Positions 23,451 through 36,800 of a stretch of DNA of 64,000 bases are shown one piece after another. The DNA is taken from NCBI GenBank assembly GCA_043228905.1, contig JBHGNT010000017.1, forward strand, positions 8,246,001 to 8,310,000. Direction: 5' to 3'. Position numbers and translations under genes: made by a program. Source of the DNA: Azolla caroliniana. Taxonomy: Eukaryota; Plantae; Polypodiophyta. The notes under the pieces were generated by a model, which saw nothing but the letters and a program-made list of their open reading frames with translations, had not been told where the DNA came from and did no database searches. The first letter of the stretch is position 1, and each line of letters begins with the position of its first letter.

Positions 23451-23595
23451 CAGACTCTTAGACTCGTCACTCCTCACAACCCATCAGAAAAAAACCCCCA
23501 AAAAAACCAAACGAATATCGTGTATCATACGCATACGTTTGCAAATGTTCGAGTATGTCCAGTAAATTGGACGTACGTGAATATTAAGAACTATG

Positions 23596-23883
23596 TTGGA
23601 GAGCTAGGGATCCAATAGGAGGAATATCGGCTCTACTGCGATAGTTAAAGTGTCATCCACCTTGCGAGGAACATGGCCTACCATTCCCGGACGAAACATA
23701 TCCAGCGGAGGTACCACTAGATCTGGGAGAGAGTAGAAGATCAAGAGTTCGTGCTAACGAATATCCACATAGAGGAGAATGGGTCGGATATGTTGACCAA
23801 GGTGTTGACAACCAACAAGCTGGACACGTGTCGAAAGCAAATCGGATTGACGAGACATCCCATGCCGGACTAAAGAGGGAGAT
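23596..23883 (+). pseudogene. Copia A RNase H C-terminal part and PPT
   Basis: IHLARN..YHSRTKHIQRRYH, ENGSDMLTK; PPT AAAGAGGGAGAT just before the LTR. Confidence 0.85.
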
Positions 23884-25121
23884 TGTTGGGAAGTCGGTCC
23901 CTCTAGATGGGATCTAGTTATGAATGAAGAGGACCCAGTGAGAACAGGAAGATATCCGAAAACTGGATCAGATGGACCCGGTGAGAACCGGAAGAGAAGA
24001 CATATTTGTAAATATGTTTTGAGTAAGCCTATTGAGGCTATATTTGTAAATAGCCCTAAGTTCATATGAGTATAAATATGACCTAGGGCAATCACAGAAG
24101 TGTGTTGTCATATTGTTGTATGTGCATAACTGTTGTAGAGAGAGAGAGAGAGATACAGAGTGATACCCTGTTGTAACCGCTGCTTGGCAAAGATACTGTG
24201 AAGTCAATATTTGCTCGTAAGAAAAGACCATGGCAAATACATCAGATGCTAAGGTGTATAAGAATAAAGCACAATATGAAAGGTCTAAGAGCTAAAAGAC
24301 GAATAAAATTAAAGGGATATGAAATTAGAGGCGTTTTCCAAAAGTAGAAAAAGCAAGAAAAAAGAAAAAAACGCATAAAAAAGGCAGAGAAAAAGGCTCA
24401 TAACTTCTTCATCTCATATCCAATTTTCAAAAGAAAAGATTTGTAAGAAAGCTGACAAAGAGAGATTTCTTGTATGACAAATTTGGATGCCAAACTGGAA
24501 ATAAAGATATGAAAAACACATCACACAAACTCAAGGATATGTAGAAAGAAAAGAAAAGAAAAAAGCAAGAATAACGCAACTAAAAACCTATAAATATGAG
24601 GGTATTCTTAGCAATTGGGAGAGACAAAAGGATGAATAGAATATCTACAAGAAGAAGTGAGGAAGAATAAGAAGATTAGAAGAACTGAGAAGAATATTAG
24701 TTGAATAAAGAGAGAAGAAGGAAATACTATTTTGGGTAATAGTATATTGAAGTAGTTATTTGGGGTTGTTACTTTTGGAGTCTAAGAGGATTGTATTGTT
24801 TTCCTAATAGTATATCGAAGTATTATTTTCTCTTCCTCTTCTCTTCTCTATCTTTTTTCTTTCTCTCATCATCAATACAGAGCTCGAGGTCGTTGCCTCC
24901 GAGTCTCTAATTGTAACTTTCTTATATAGTGATAGTTTGGAGTTTGTGGGCTCCCGTGGTTTTTTCCCTATTAGGGTTTTCCACGTAAACATCATGTGTA
25001 CTCTCTATTGTTCGTGTGTGTACGTGCGTTCACCCTCTACTTGCCATTAATGTGTTTGATTCTCATTGAAGTGATTCAAGTCTCGGATGTGGTTGAGCAA
25101 TATTCCGCGCTATTTCCTTCA
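23884..25121 (+). repeat. Copia A 3' LTR, interrupted by a solo LTR
   Basis: Colinear with the LTR at 53132-53647 (minus) except for the insert at 24197-24874. Confidence 0.88.
24197..24874 (+). mobile_element. Solo LTR of an unrelated family
   Basis: TG...CA ends, ATAC duplicated on both sides, internal CTATAAATA, absent from the homologous LTR. Confidence 0.75.
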
Positions 25122-26094
25122 AAAACTTCAAGATTGCACACGACACTCTCCACAATAGAGGCAGAGTATATAGCCACGTCAGAAGCAGCCAAGGAAGCCG
25201 TCTGGTTGCACCGATTGTTTATTGATGTTTTGGCTTAAGGCCAAATCGACCATACGACGCCAACCCTTTATTGCGACTCACAAAGCGCAATACACCTCAT
25301 CCGAAAATCCGATATAACATGCTAAGACAAAGCATATTGAAGTGAGGTACCATCATATTTGGGAGCTTGTCACTCGTAAGAAGGTCAAAGTCCAAAAGGT
25401 GGATATCAAGGTGAACATCGTTGACAGCCTGACCAAGCCTCTCCTAGATCAACACTTCAACGCACTAAGAGGACATTTGGGACTACAACAAGTGAGCAAG
25501 AAAAGAGGAGCCGAACGAGGAGTAGAAGGTAAGTCGAAGAATAACATGACCAAACAAGTCAAAATGATGAAGTCGAAGGAGCAAGACAGCCTAAAGGCTG
25601 TAGACACAATTGAGTGCGAGGAGACCGAAAGGACAGATGACGATTGAGGATCGAGGATCGAGGATCGAATGGAACCGAAAACCAATCAACGACCCATTAA
25701 AGAGCAAGGGTACCAACACGCACAAAGAGCCAACAACTTAAAAGCCAAAAGCCGAATCGGTCATCAACCAATTCGAACACCAGCCTACTTGACAAGCAAC
25801 CGATCAATTGACTCTGACTCTACATCTGTCGATTCAACTACCAACTGATCGGCTTGTAACATACATATAGTAGATTAAGTTTAAGATGTAATTTGAGCCT
25901 ATGGGGGAGATAACCCAATCACATTGTACGTAAAACAAAGTAGTCCTTTTTCCGAGAGAGTTTGTTGGGATAAAAGTCCCACTCCACCCACTTTGTATTT
26001 GTAGTGTGAACATAGTTAACCTAACTATATAAGTAGGTAATTGTTCTTGTAAAGATGAGTTCGACGGTTAATGTAAGATAGTCTTTTTTTAGCA

Positions 26095-26163
<69 letters not shown>

Positions 26164-26274
26164 GCAACTGTCTGATTTCATCTTCTTGAATATTGTCACG
26201 ATGCATATCTTTATCTTAATCACTACGTGTGTTGTTTGCTAGACTCATTGACAAGTCCTCAATCTTCCACAACA
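25122..26274 (+). mobile_element. Copia C 3' remnant (RNase H, 3' region, probable LTR 25963-26274)
   Basis: TLSTIEAEYIATSEAAKEAVWL, KTKHIEVRYH, NIVDSLTKPL; TGTTGG...CAACA after a purine run. Confidence 0.7.
26097..26163. repeat. (TC)n(TA)n compound microsatellite
   Basis: Seen directly. Confidence 0.95.
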
Positions 26275-27668
26275 TCAATCATAAGATACTCCACAAGATA
26301 CACTTCATTTTTGCATGAAATATCATTTTTTTTGTCAATATGGTTGTAGTCTAATTGTTGCTATTGAGAGTTGAACTTTGACATATTGCTTGCATGGGAT
26401 AAATCTATTGATATATGTCTATCTCTCTCTAAACGTATTGCTCCCATATTTTTTGAGTCAATTGACCTTTGACAAGAGGGTGTTGTAATGGAAGCACATG
26501 CAGTGAGTGGGTGGAAAGGCTAGTTGGCTACCCAAATCTAAGGCCTTCAAACCCCAACATATTTTAGAAGAGATCTTGTGGATATATAGAAATATTGCAT
26601 ATTATCTCTTGGTTGTTAAATTCTTGTTGATCATTGCATTTGTGTGTGCATAATTGTTGATATCATAGAATTACTCCTAAACCCTCGTAGTTTTTGGCAC
26701 AACATTGTTGTGCATAGGTGCTCACTAGTTGGTTTGGTACATTTGTTAAGCTCCACAAATCCTACAATATCCTACATTTTACACATGTCAATACAAGTAG
26801 AATTGATTCTCTCTAACACTCTCTTTTCGATAGGTTATGTTTCAGCTTCCCTAGGACATTAACCCACTCCATTATTAATCCATTATGATAGAATTATACT
26901 CTCAATTTGTTTTGACTCAATGGAGTATACTCATGGGCTTGATCTTGCCTCAACCCCAAGAATAAGAGGAGAAAGAACACCGGTATAACTATTTCCCAAA
27001 GGACTTAACTCACATTCTCTTCAATGTGAGATTGTGAATTGTGCCAATATGTTGTTTTGTGTTTGAACAAGGCCACAAGTCAAAGTATCACATAGTAATG
27101 AATGCTCTATCCTTCGATTGCATCCAAGCTTGGTGTCCCCAAACCCTATCCATAGACTTTGTTTCTCTCCTAGACACAACATGCACTCTCAACTGAAAAC
27201 AACCCTCCATAACGGTCAAAAGGCGGAGATGGAAAGAATAGGGACGAATGAACCACCATAAAATCGCTTGAAATAGAAGCCTTTCATGTGATAAGGGAAT
27301 GAAGTGACCTAGATGGCTTACTCATATAAATCAATCGATCGATATCTATGCATGCATATAAACATGTTCAAATGGGCAGGTAGGTGGACAACACCCCCTC
27401 CCCTCCCCCTATATGTGAAGAAATGGCCAAAGGACAAGAATAGGGGCATTTGGGGAAATAAAGGAACTGTAGGGGTTGGGGGGCATTTCTTAGAAATAAA
27501 GAAAGAAAGAAAGCAAAAGGCTTCTTCTTCTTCTCTCTTTTCGTTTGAACTTTGAACATTGTTACACACAGTCCGTTTCCATTTCTTTCTTTATTTTTTT
27601 TGCTTGAATTCGTTGGCTCCTTTTGTCTGTTGAGAAGGACGAGCAGAGCAGGAGCTGTCGGGATTCGA

Positions 27669-27801
27669 ATGCTTCTAGCTAAGCGGAGCAAGAAAGGGTC
27701 CATGTATGGCTTCTGGGGAGCCATGGAACTCGTTTTCCTACTCGTATACGCTGCTCTTTTCTACGCCTTCCTGGCCTCTAGATCGCTTCGACTTGCTGCA
27801 G
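27669..27801 (+). CDS. GUP1: MBOAT exon 1
   Basis: MLLAKRSKK...[20 protein letters not shown]; GC donor CAG|GCCAGT. Start codon choice is uncertain. Confidence 0.75.
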
Positions 27802-30800
27802 GCCAGTTTCTGATTATATGAAATTTTAATTATCGCTTTTCCAGAACGAAGGAATGGGAGTCTTTTGGATCCCTAATGTTTTCGCCTTACTTATTTTTAT
27901 TTTGGATCTATATTTTTTGGTTAGTTTTGCTTGGTTCTATGTTCACGTAGACAAGAATTTAGGACATCAAACGTTGTCATCTTAATATCAGAAGGACGGA
28001 CACGAAATCATGGTAATGATTCTTATCATGAGAGAAATCTCCATTTTTGATCAATCTGATGAATTGACATTCATGTGTTATCAAGCCGAATGATGACTCC
28101 ATGGTCTTGGTTCGGCATTCTCTATGCTCATTGCCAAAGACATAATAGTTATCATGGAGCCATGTATGGATTTCAAGCATATATTTGTGGTTGAGCCATG
28201 TATGGATTTCAAGACTCATTTTGACTATTTTTTGGGATAGTTTCCAACTGCATATTAGGGGTTAACGTCATGAATCTGTGCAAGAATTCCTGGATCCGAG
28301 TGATGATTAAATTCCACCTGTGATCAAGTGGAATGATGATTCCGAGGTATGCATATCATGAATGCCAAGCCCAAAAGGTGATGACTTTGTGCAAAGTCTG
28401 TTGAAACAATGTGATAATCAATATCCAATCATGATCAACAATGATGACGACTCCAGGTTTCAGTTTGATATAATCTAGATGGAGGGATCAATATGTCCTG
28501 GTAAAAATGTGTAGACAGCCATGCTATTGGGTAGATCCTCTGAAGCAACATGATGATTGACATCCTCTTTATGATGATGTCTCCGGAGTCTTGTTTCCGC
28601 AGTCTCTCAATGCCTATTGGTAATTATATAGTAGTGAGCAAAGCTTGTGATGGACATGTCATGAAAAAAATGCCAAGACTAAAAGTCTTGCCTTTGTTCA
28701 GGGCTCATGGGCATAAGACTTGAGTAATGCTATGCTGCTTGCTTCGTTTTGGAGTGAACTATGGTCTGTTATGTATTGATTGGATCAATGAAGAAGAATG
28801 CTTGTACTTATTGAAAAGTTACATTCGGTATATCATTCCGTTGGCTATATCGAGCACTATTGGGAAAGGAGTGTCATTTTGACCATTGAGTTTGGACATT
28901 ATCAACATTTTTAAATAGAAATTCTGTCATTATGAGTAAGATCTGGTTTGCAAGGGGTGTCTGACATGGCTGAGCATATTAGAAGCTACCAGCTTATGTT
29001 TGGAATTTACTGTCAGAAGTTGCAAAAAGGAGCAATAGGGGAATTACACATATTTTCATTGGTCACTCTCAATTGGATTGAAATATGGGAGACATCAATG
29101 CTTGGAATTTCTGATGTGGCAAAGGTGCAAATGGAAGACTTCACGAAAGATGCATGATGGTCAAAATTATATTGTTAATAAACTTGGTTGGAGATGTTTA
29201 ATGATAATTTTGTTATTTATCATCCTAAGTGCACTTTGGAGAGAAGAATAGAATATACTGTTGATTCACAATGTGTCTTGGATTTTCAAGAGCCATTAAT
29301 ATTTGTAAGAATATACTGATTAATTTCTGTTTTCTCCCATTATGAATTGTTTTTACAGAATACAGTATTGGGAGCAAGAATAGTAGATTATGGGGATTAC
29401 AAAAAGAGAGGTTTTGGATGCAGCTTAATGTAACTTCTCAAATTCTAATGGTTCAATTAAAGTGAATTATACTTCTCTACCTGTCTGTGGAATATAGATC
29501 CAGCTATCATACCATATGGGTTGTTTTATGGGAGACTAATGCTCTTTTTATCAATAAACTAAATTAGATTGATGTATTAATCCAATATTGATGTCAGAAA
29601 GCAAAACACTCCATTGGGTTTTAAGACAATTTTTACCATCAATTCTTCCTTCACAACAGAGCTCCTTATGTCATTGTTTTTCTTCCACGTTGGTAGAATA
29701 GGACTTTTCCATTATGTTGTTGTAGTCATGACTTTCCTTTGGGACGACCTGAAGGAAAGGCACGGGTCTTTCTAAAGGCGTGGCTTCTCTGGTGTATTTA
29801 AAGGACGCTTGACATAGATCTCTCTAAAGGGTTGCCTTCCATGGTGCGTATAATTGCATTGGCTATCAGATCGGCATGCCAAGGCATGTTTTTTATTCCT
29901 GCTGTATTAGTCTGTGATAGTTCAGTACTTTAGTCCTTTCAATTACAATTGGGGGTTCCTTGCTACAGATGCAAAACTGATTTCTTACACCCTTTATTAT
30001 ATGGTTCTTGTGTCTTTACAAGGAGATAAGAATTCTGACAGGACATTTTTGAACAATGTGAGTTACGGCTACCAGCAATCCATACGATAATGCTGTATAC
30101 CACTTTAAAGTAAGTTCTACGGCATCCTTTTGGGAACAGAGGGAACAGAGGTTACCATCAACCACAATTAGGTCTATACCTATACATGAGCAAAAAATCA
30201 CAGATGATTAGGGGTACACTCTATGAAGGGTTACATGTGGTGTCTATTAAGAATTGTGGTTGGGGTGTCACTTCATGTATGGTTTTTCTGTCAAGATTGG
30301 GATGTCCAGAACTTCTGGATCCATGTAATACACTGAATCTTTGATTTGGCTTCTAGGATTTAGTTCCCAAGACACTAAGTGCAATATTTTCAACTGTTTG
30401 ATTAATTTGTATCTTGTAATTTGCATTGCTGTTATTGGATTTGACCTTTTATAACCCAACCTTCATTACCGAATTAATGCAGGATTTGTCAGATAGCCAG
30501 TGGCGTAATTTTCGTCAGAACCTGCCAGTTTTGACATTGGTGATGGCTTTTTTCATCCTTGCTGCCAATGCATTGAGAGGATATTTCTCATTACATGGGA
30601 AAGGGATGGCACGTGTACTGCTTGTCTTCTCGCTCATCTACATTTCTTATTTGCATGGAGCATGGTATGCTTTCAGTGTAATCAATTTTTTAAAGAAAAA
30701 CATAGCTGTAAAAATTCATCAAAACTAAGGATATACAAGATATGCATGGTATGAGATAGGTAGATATAATATTTATGTCCATGGGACGCTGCGTATGATC

Positions 30801-33800
30801 TGTGGAACAGGGCTGAGCTCATGGTGAGGGTCAAACTTGGGTTCCCTCAAGGGGTGAAATGGTGGAGAATCATTGAGAATCAGAAAAACAAGATGTCCAT
30901 CAAGTTGTGTTGACATGAATCTCTTTTGTTTTAATCAATACAGGAGATGATGAGGATATACTTATCACTTTATTCCAGCTTTCTACTGGAGTTCATTTGA
31001 GAGATTTGGGGAACAAAATAATACGCATGCCCATCCATAGAAGAGCACTTTGCTTCTCCAGTATGTGATTTCATGCTCACAAGGGCCAAACTGTAAAGAA
31101 ATTGGGCAGAGAATTATTGATAAAGTCATTGCTTTGCACATTAATGACCCTTATATATATTGAATGGCAATGAGATTTTATGCTATCCCCGTTTATGCAC
31201 GTTTAGCTGATTTCTCAGTATTAGTCATATAGTTCTGCCTTAATTGGATTGGTCAAGCTGACAATTATGCAGCACACCTGTGGTAATGGTGGGATAGAAG
31301 GGTAAGTATGTCATGTTCACCCTCTATTTTGCGGCTCAAGTTTCAGATACTTTGAGAGTGGAAGTTATTGATGTGAGAAGACAGAACCTTCACACAACTT
31401 TAATGGGATTAGGAAAATGGTATTGACCATCAACTGACCATACCATAATAGGTTTCATTTTTTCCAGCACACACCTAGGATAGGAAGATGTCTGCTGCAC
31501 CAGAGTATCACTTGAAGCTCATATATTGTGTAACAAAGGGGCTGGGTTTGACAAAGTCTTTCGTTTACAGATTTGGATTTAAAATTCTCTCAGATGATTA
31601 TGTGAATTCATATAAGATTCTAATGGTAGATGGTTTCCTAATATCTTTGAACTTATGACCGTGTATGTTTCTGAAATGTAAGCCATTACTCAAATGGAGT
31701 GATTCTAATAAACTAGCTAGGATTCAGGAAATAAGTGGTGTCATGGTGTTATATGACTTTCTAGAAATTAGAAAAATGGGGCAACAAACTGGTTTGTCCT
31801 TTACTTAGATACTTTCAAAAATATGTTTGCAGCATTATTTTTCTGCTGATTATTATCTCGGGCAATTATGTGATTGTAAAGGTGAGTTGATTATTTCTTG
31901 TCGTACATCAATTGACATATTCTACTGTATCAAAATTCTTTTCTTCCTCATTGCACCTTATTTTGAATTTTTGCAGGCATTAGCCGGAAATTCCTTTTTT
32001 CCAGTCGTGTTGTGGGTGTACAACTTACTTTTCCTTGTCAGCAACCGGGTGTTTGAGGGTTACACATTTTCATCATTTGGGTAATTTCAGAAACTTGCAG
32101 ATGGTTTATGAGCATGGCATTCTTATTTTACATCTGCATGTATAGCCAGCCAGCTGGAAGTCAGTCATTAAATTGGTGAAAATACTTGTAGATGCATTCA
32201 CATGTTGTGCATTAGAGATTGTTTTTCCTAGTCAAACTACTCTTAAAATTTTCCTTTCGAGCAATATGATAATTCTTTGTTGCTTTGCACTGAATTGGAA
32301 TGTTTTACAGAATGTGGAAAAGGTCCAGATTTGACTAATGGTAACTATATCTTATTCTCAATCTGCATTTAGGCCGAATAACCACATATGTGCAGCCCTA
32401 CTCCATCCTTCTTATGGCCAAGGCAATATGTTATTGACACTTACACTACCGAATGGACGGTGGAGAATTAACAAGATATAAAACAGTGCAGTGTTTCTGG
32501 GACATCTTTAACTTCACTGTGTCCTCGTCAAAGATACTGTATATCGTGCTTCAAACCACCTTATTTATCACCTGCTTCTATTATATTCTTAGGAGTTCTT
32601 ATCTCTTTTGTGGGTAGAGTTTTTGTTTTATTTTTCATTCTCCGGTTGTCTTACCATAGGGTAGTATACTTATCATATCCTGTGATATTTTGGTGCCAAC
32701 AATATCTCTTGGCATTAATGATGTGAGTTGCTCATTGTTCAAGCTATGAAGCCTTGCATTATAAAGCAGGTGATATTCCACATTTTGACAAGGGCATTCA
32801 AGTGGCTGAAGTTTGTATCTCTTTTGTGGGTAGAGTTTTGTTTTATTTTTCATCCATTTCCCAGGCTTATCATAAAGATGTATACTGGTCATAAACCATG
32901 ATGTAATAGAAACTTACTGGATTGTTTCATTTAGGAGCCAACACCTTCTCTTGGATTTATTGATGCAAGTCTCCCATTGTTCAACCTATGAAGCCATCCA
33001 CGATGATGTAGATAATGTTCCACATTTTGAGAAGGGCATTCAAGAGCTAAAGTTCTTAGCCCTTTTGTGGATGGAGTTTTTCTTCTTCTTTTTTATCCTT
33101 TTGCCCGTCTTACCATAAAAAGCGTATGACGCAATAGAAACTTGCATGATTGCTCATTCAGGAGCCAACACCTTCTGTTGGCTTTAATGATGTGAGTCGC
33201 TTATTCTTCAAACCATGAAGCCATGCACGATGAAGTAGATGGTGTTTCACTTTTTGAGAAGGGCAATCAAGAGCTGATGCGTGAACTCATTGCATGTGTC
33301 TGTTAATGTTTTCTTTTACTTCATTCTTATTTTATCATGATTTGTCTCAACTTGTTTGAGCTTTTTTTTGCTTTGCCTTGGGAGTTTTCTTTATTCAACT
33401 TTCTATTCACAAATCCAAATCATAGGAAAGTATATATCATTTTGAGAGCAAGGAAAACTTTAGATGAGTTGAAATCAATGTGTTTGCTTGTTTCAATACA
33501 AATCTGAAATTGTTAAATTATGAGTTTGTAAATTGATAGCCAAGTTATATGAACTGTTTCTGGGCAATAATAAATAAAAATTTGAAGACTTGTTATTATC
33601 TTAAGGGTCACTTAATTGCAGTGAGTAACTATTTTTCTACAGGAGTGCATTTGGCTATTTGGACAATTATCGAGGCGTGCAGCGCTGGCACATCTGTTAC
33701 AATTTTGGTACTTGTACTAGTGTTTAAAAAGAAGATGTTTAAATATTTTGTAAATCAATCCTTTTCTCTGTTTTTGTTCTTTGGTGAGTTGTCAATGGTG

Positions 33801-36800
33801 CTTAAAAATATGAAAGCCACATGCTAGTTGTGAAAGTGAAATTACAAGAAGACGGACAAACTATGCCTTATTGAAGAAACACAAAAGGTTGCGTCTGTTC
33901 TTTGACACATGGAAGGAAACCTCTTCCTCAGAAGAATAGCTTGGTGAAGGGATGTCTGACCTAATCTTAATAATCAGACTTTAACTACATTATACAGAAA
34001 TTCTGGTGACATTTAAACATTCACCAAAGGAAATGGAGATTCTTTTCTCCTAAAGATATAATAGAAAGGTTCTTAGCAGATACATATTTGAACTCTTTGT
34101 CAATGATTAAAATTACACAACTTACACCAAAATGACCATAAAAGGATGGGGTTGTCTGGCCTCCAAGCCCATTTGTGACTGTGGAAGGTTTGTCAACAAC
34201 TCTTAATTTTGCAAACTTGTTAAATGTGATTGAACCTGGCATGAAAGGAGATGTTTGTATAAAGATTTTGGATATCGTGTCTTTGCTGAATCAAAAGCGA
34301 TGACATTTTGGTTGAGGATCTTTTACTTCAGAAAGAAAGAAAGAAAGCTATATTAACAACTTTTAAGAGACAAAAAAGGCCTATAAGACCAAACAAGAGG
34401 TTACATTTTACAATGTTCTCTCGTCTTTGTGAACAACAAACTGAAACAAGTACAACTAAACATGTGATAATGAAGAATCTATATGTCTACCTGGAAAAGT
34501 ACAATGCTTATTCACTTGGAAGTTTACATCTTATCATTCAAGAAGCTGTAAACTAATCATGCTGAAAGTTACTTCTTCAATATGCATGAGCACAAATTAT
34601 ATTCTACTATCAATACTGTGATATTTTGGCTGTGATATGTGGTCAGATCTGACTTCAATAACTAATGAGTTTGCATATGTCTGCCAGTTATGTTAAGAAT
34701 GCTAAGCTTTGGCCTGGACTACCACTGGGGTTGCATTTGCCGTTTATCTTCAATTGATTGGGAGGCATGCCAATTTTCATGCACATTCAATTGTTGATGA
34801 AATGTTAAAATTGTCAGCTAAAAGTTTTTTTCTTGTGTTTAGAAACATTCTTCAAGTTGTGATGCATGCCGCTCAGGAGCAGTTTGTTATTTGGTCAGGC
34901 AGGTCATTGCCTTCTTTAACTTGCATCTCAGTATAGATTTTCCCAACGTGCTTGCATCTTATACTTTGCTTTCATGAAATTGAAATGTATTTGTGTTTGT
35001 CATAGGAGAAACACTTACCTTCCAGCAACTGTTCCCCTGAAATATACTTGTGTTATCTCTTTTATCCACCTCTGTACATTGCAGGGCCAATAATATCATT
35101 TAATGCTTTTGCATCACAGGTATTTAATCCCTTTATATGATTAGCTTTATATTTAATGCACTTATGTAATTATCCTGATGTGAATAATATAGCTGGAGTC
35201 TCCTCAAAAAACGCACAGTAAAGCAGATATCATCGTGTACGGATTGCGATGGATTGGGTGTTTAGTCTTGATGGAGATACTGACTCACTATTTCTACTAT
35301 AATAGTCTGGCAATCAGGTTTGCTTTTTCTTTCTAGCTCATTGAAACATGTTTTTTATATCTGATTAACTGTGGTCACAGATTCTTTAGTACATGATTTG
35401 GATGGTGGTTTCTCTCACTATCCCCCACTCTCTCCGGTCTCTATATAGATGAGGTATCACATTACATAGAGAGATTCGGGGGTTCCGGAGCACGCCTAGA
35501 AGGTATAGCTATACAAATATTACTATATGCTGATGACATTGTGCTGATTTCTGACTCTCCGGAGGGACTACAAAGACATCTAAATGCATTAAAACTATTT
35601 TGTACGGACAAAGGTTTGTCAATCAACATGGACAAAACTAAAGTGATGGTGTTTAACACCACTTAAGCATGGGTAACAAGATTAGAACCAGAATTCTTCT
35701 TGGGAGAGGAAAAGGTGGAATACACACACTCCTACACATACCTAGGAGTAACATTTACAGGACCTAGGTTCTCCTTACAGGAGGCTGCTTGTGCCCGACT
35801 TTCTTGTGGATATCCAGCCCTTGGTGCTCTCGAGAGACAATGTGCACATCTGCAGTTCCAAGAGCCACGGACTAAGCTATTGTTATTTGATACACTTGTC
35901 ACACCAACTCTTCTCTATGGAGTAGAAACATGGGGACCGAGTCTTAACAAGGCAAATCATTGGAAAGATTTAGAGAGACCTTTAGTGTCAATGATTGCTC
36001 GCATGATAAGGAGCAAAGCATCGGTGCCCCGCGATATAATCCGGGCAGAGATGGGAGCAGCACCTATAATAACCGAGACATTGTTCCGATCAGTGACATT
36101 TATCTAACGTCTTTGGGAGCTACCTAAACAAAGGTACCCAAGGCTGGCACTTATGTCATCAAGACAACTGGCTGAAATTGGAGACACTCATTGTTGGTAT
36201 GCTGAAATGCAGCAATGGTTCGAGTCACATGGCATGAGTATAAATGCACTACCGCCGTTCCAATATAGCTTGGCCTGTCCCCACGTAAATATGACCAAAG
36301 TGGAAAAGAATAGAGTGATCCGGACTGATATTATTAACTTGGAAAACAAGATAACATGGATCAGCCCCAAAATACCACTTGGTACAAAGATGGCCCACTA
36401 TAAGACGCACTTCTTACATACATCGGAGGATGGATTCGTCATCAGACCACCTTATATGGACATACATCTATCCTATGCGTTGTGTAGTGTGATAGGGCAG
36501 CTAAGAACTTCATCACATCAGCTATAGATTGAGGTAGGCAGTAATACACGACTACCTCAAGAAGAGAGAATTTGCCAATTGTGTCATCAAGGAGTGGAAT
36601 CCGAGGAACCTATGTTTGTCATTGTAGTGTCTTTTATGAAATCAGAGGGAGATACCATTGCCTCTTTAAACAAGGCTTTGGCCCACTACGCAAGGTAATG
36701 GAATATGAGGACCAACGATGCCTAAGACTTTTCTTGCTAGAGCTCAAGAGACATCGAGAAAAGTTGTTGAAGAATACAGCCACACAAGCTCATCCACAAA

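Larger units (their letters stand above)
9185..23595 (-). mobile_element. hAT DNA transposon (~4.45 kb net) containing a nested gypsy
   Basis: TIR CATAGTTCT (9185) / AGAACTATG (to 23595); perfect 8-bp TSD TTGGAGAG at 9177-9184 and 23596-23603; encodes a hAT transposase. Confidence 0.93.
919..25121 (+). mobile_element. Ty1/copia element A (Tnt1/Tork-like), heavily interrupted and possibly chimeric
   Basis: Related LTRs at 919-1093 and 23884-25121 (both TGTTGGGAAGTCGGTCCCTC...TATTTCCTTCA); Met-type PBS; gag/protease 1123-2304; RNase H pieces 8946-9184 and 23596-23873; PPT 23872-23883. Confidence 0.8.

Noticed and set aside
26280-27250. Possible decayed gag/zinc-knuckle remnant upstream of the gene
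   Set aside because: Only a faint C..GH-like trace; not supportable.
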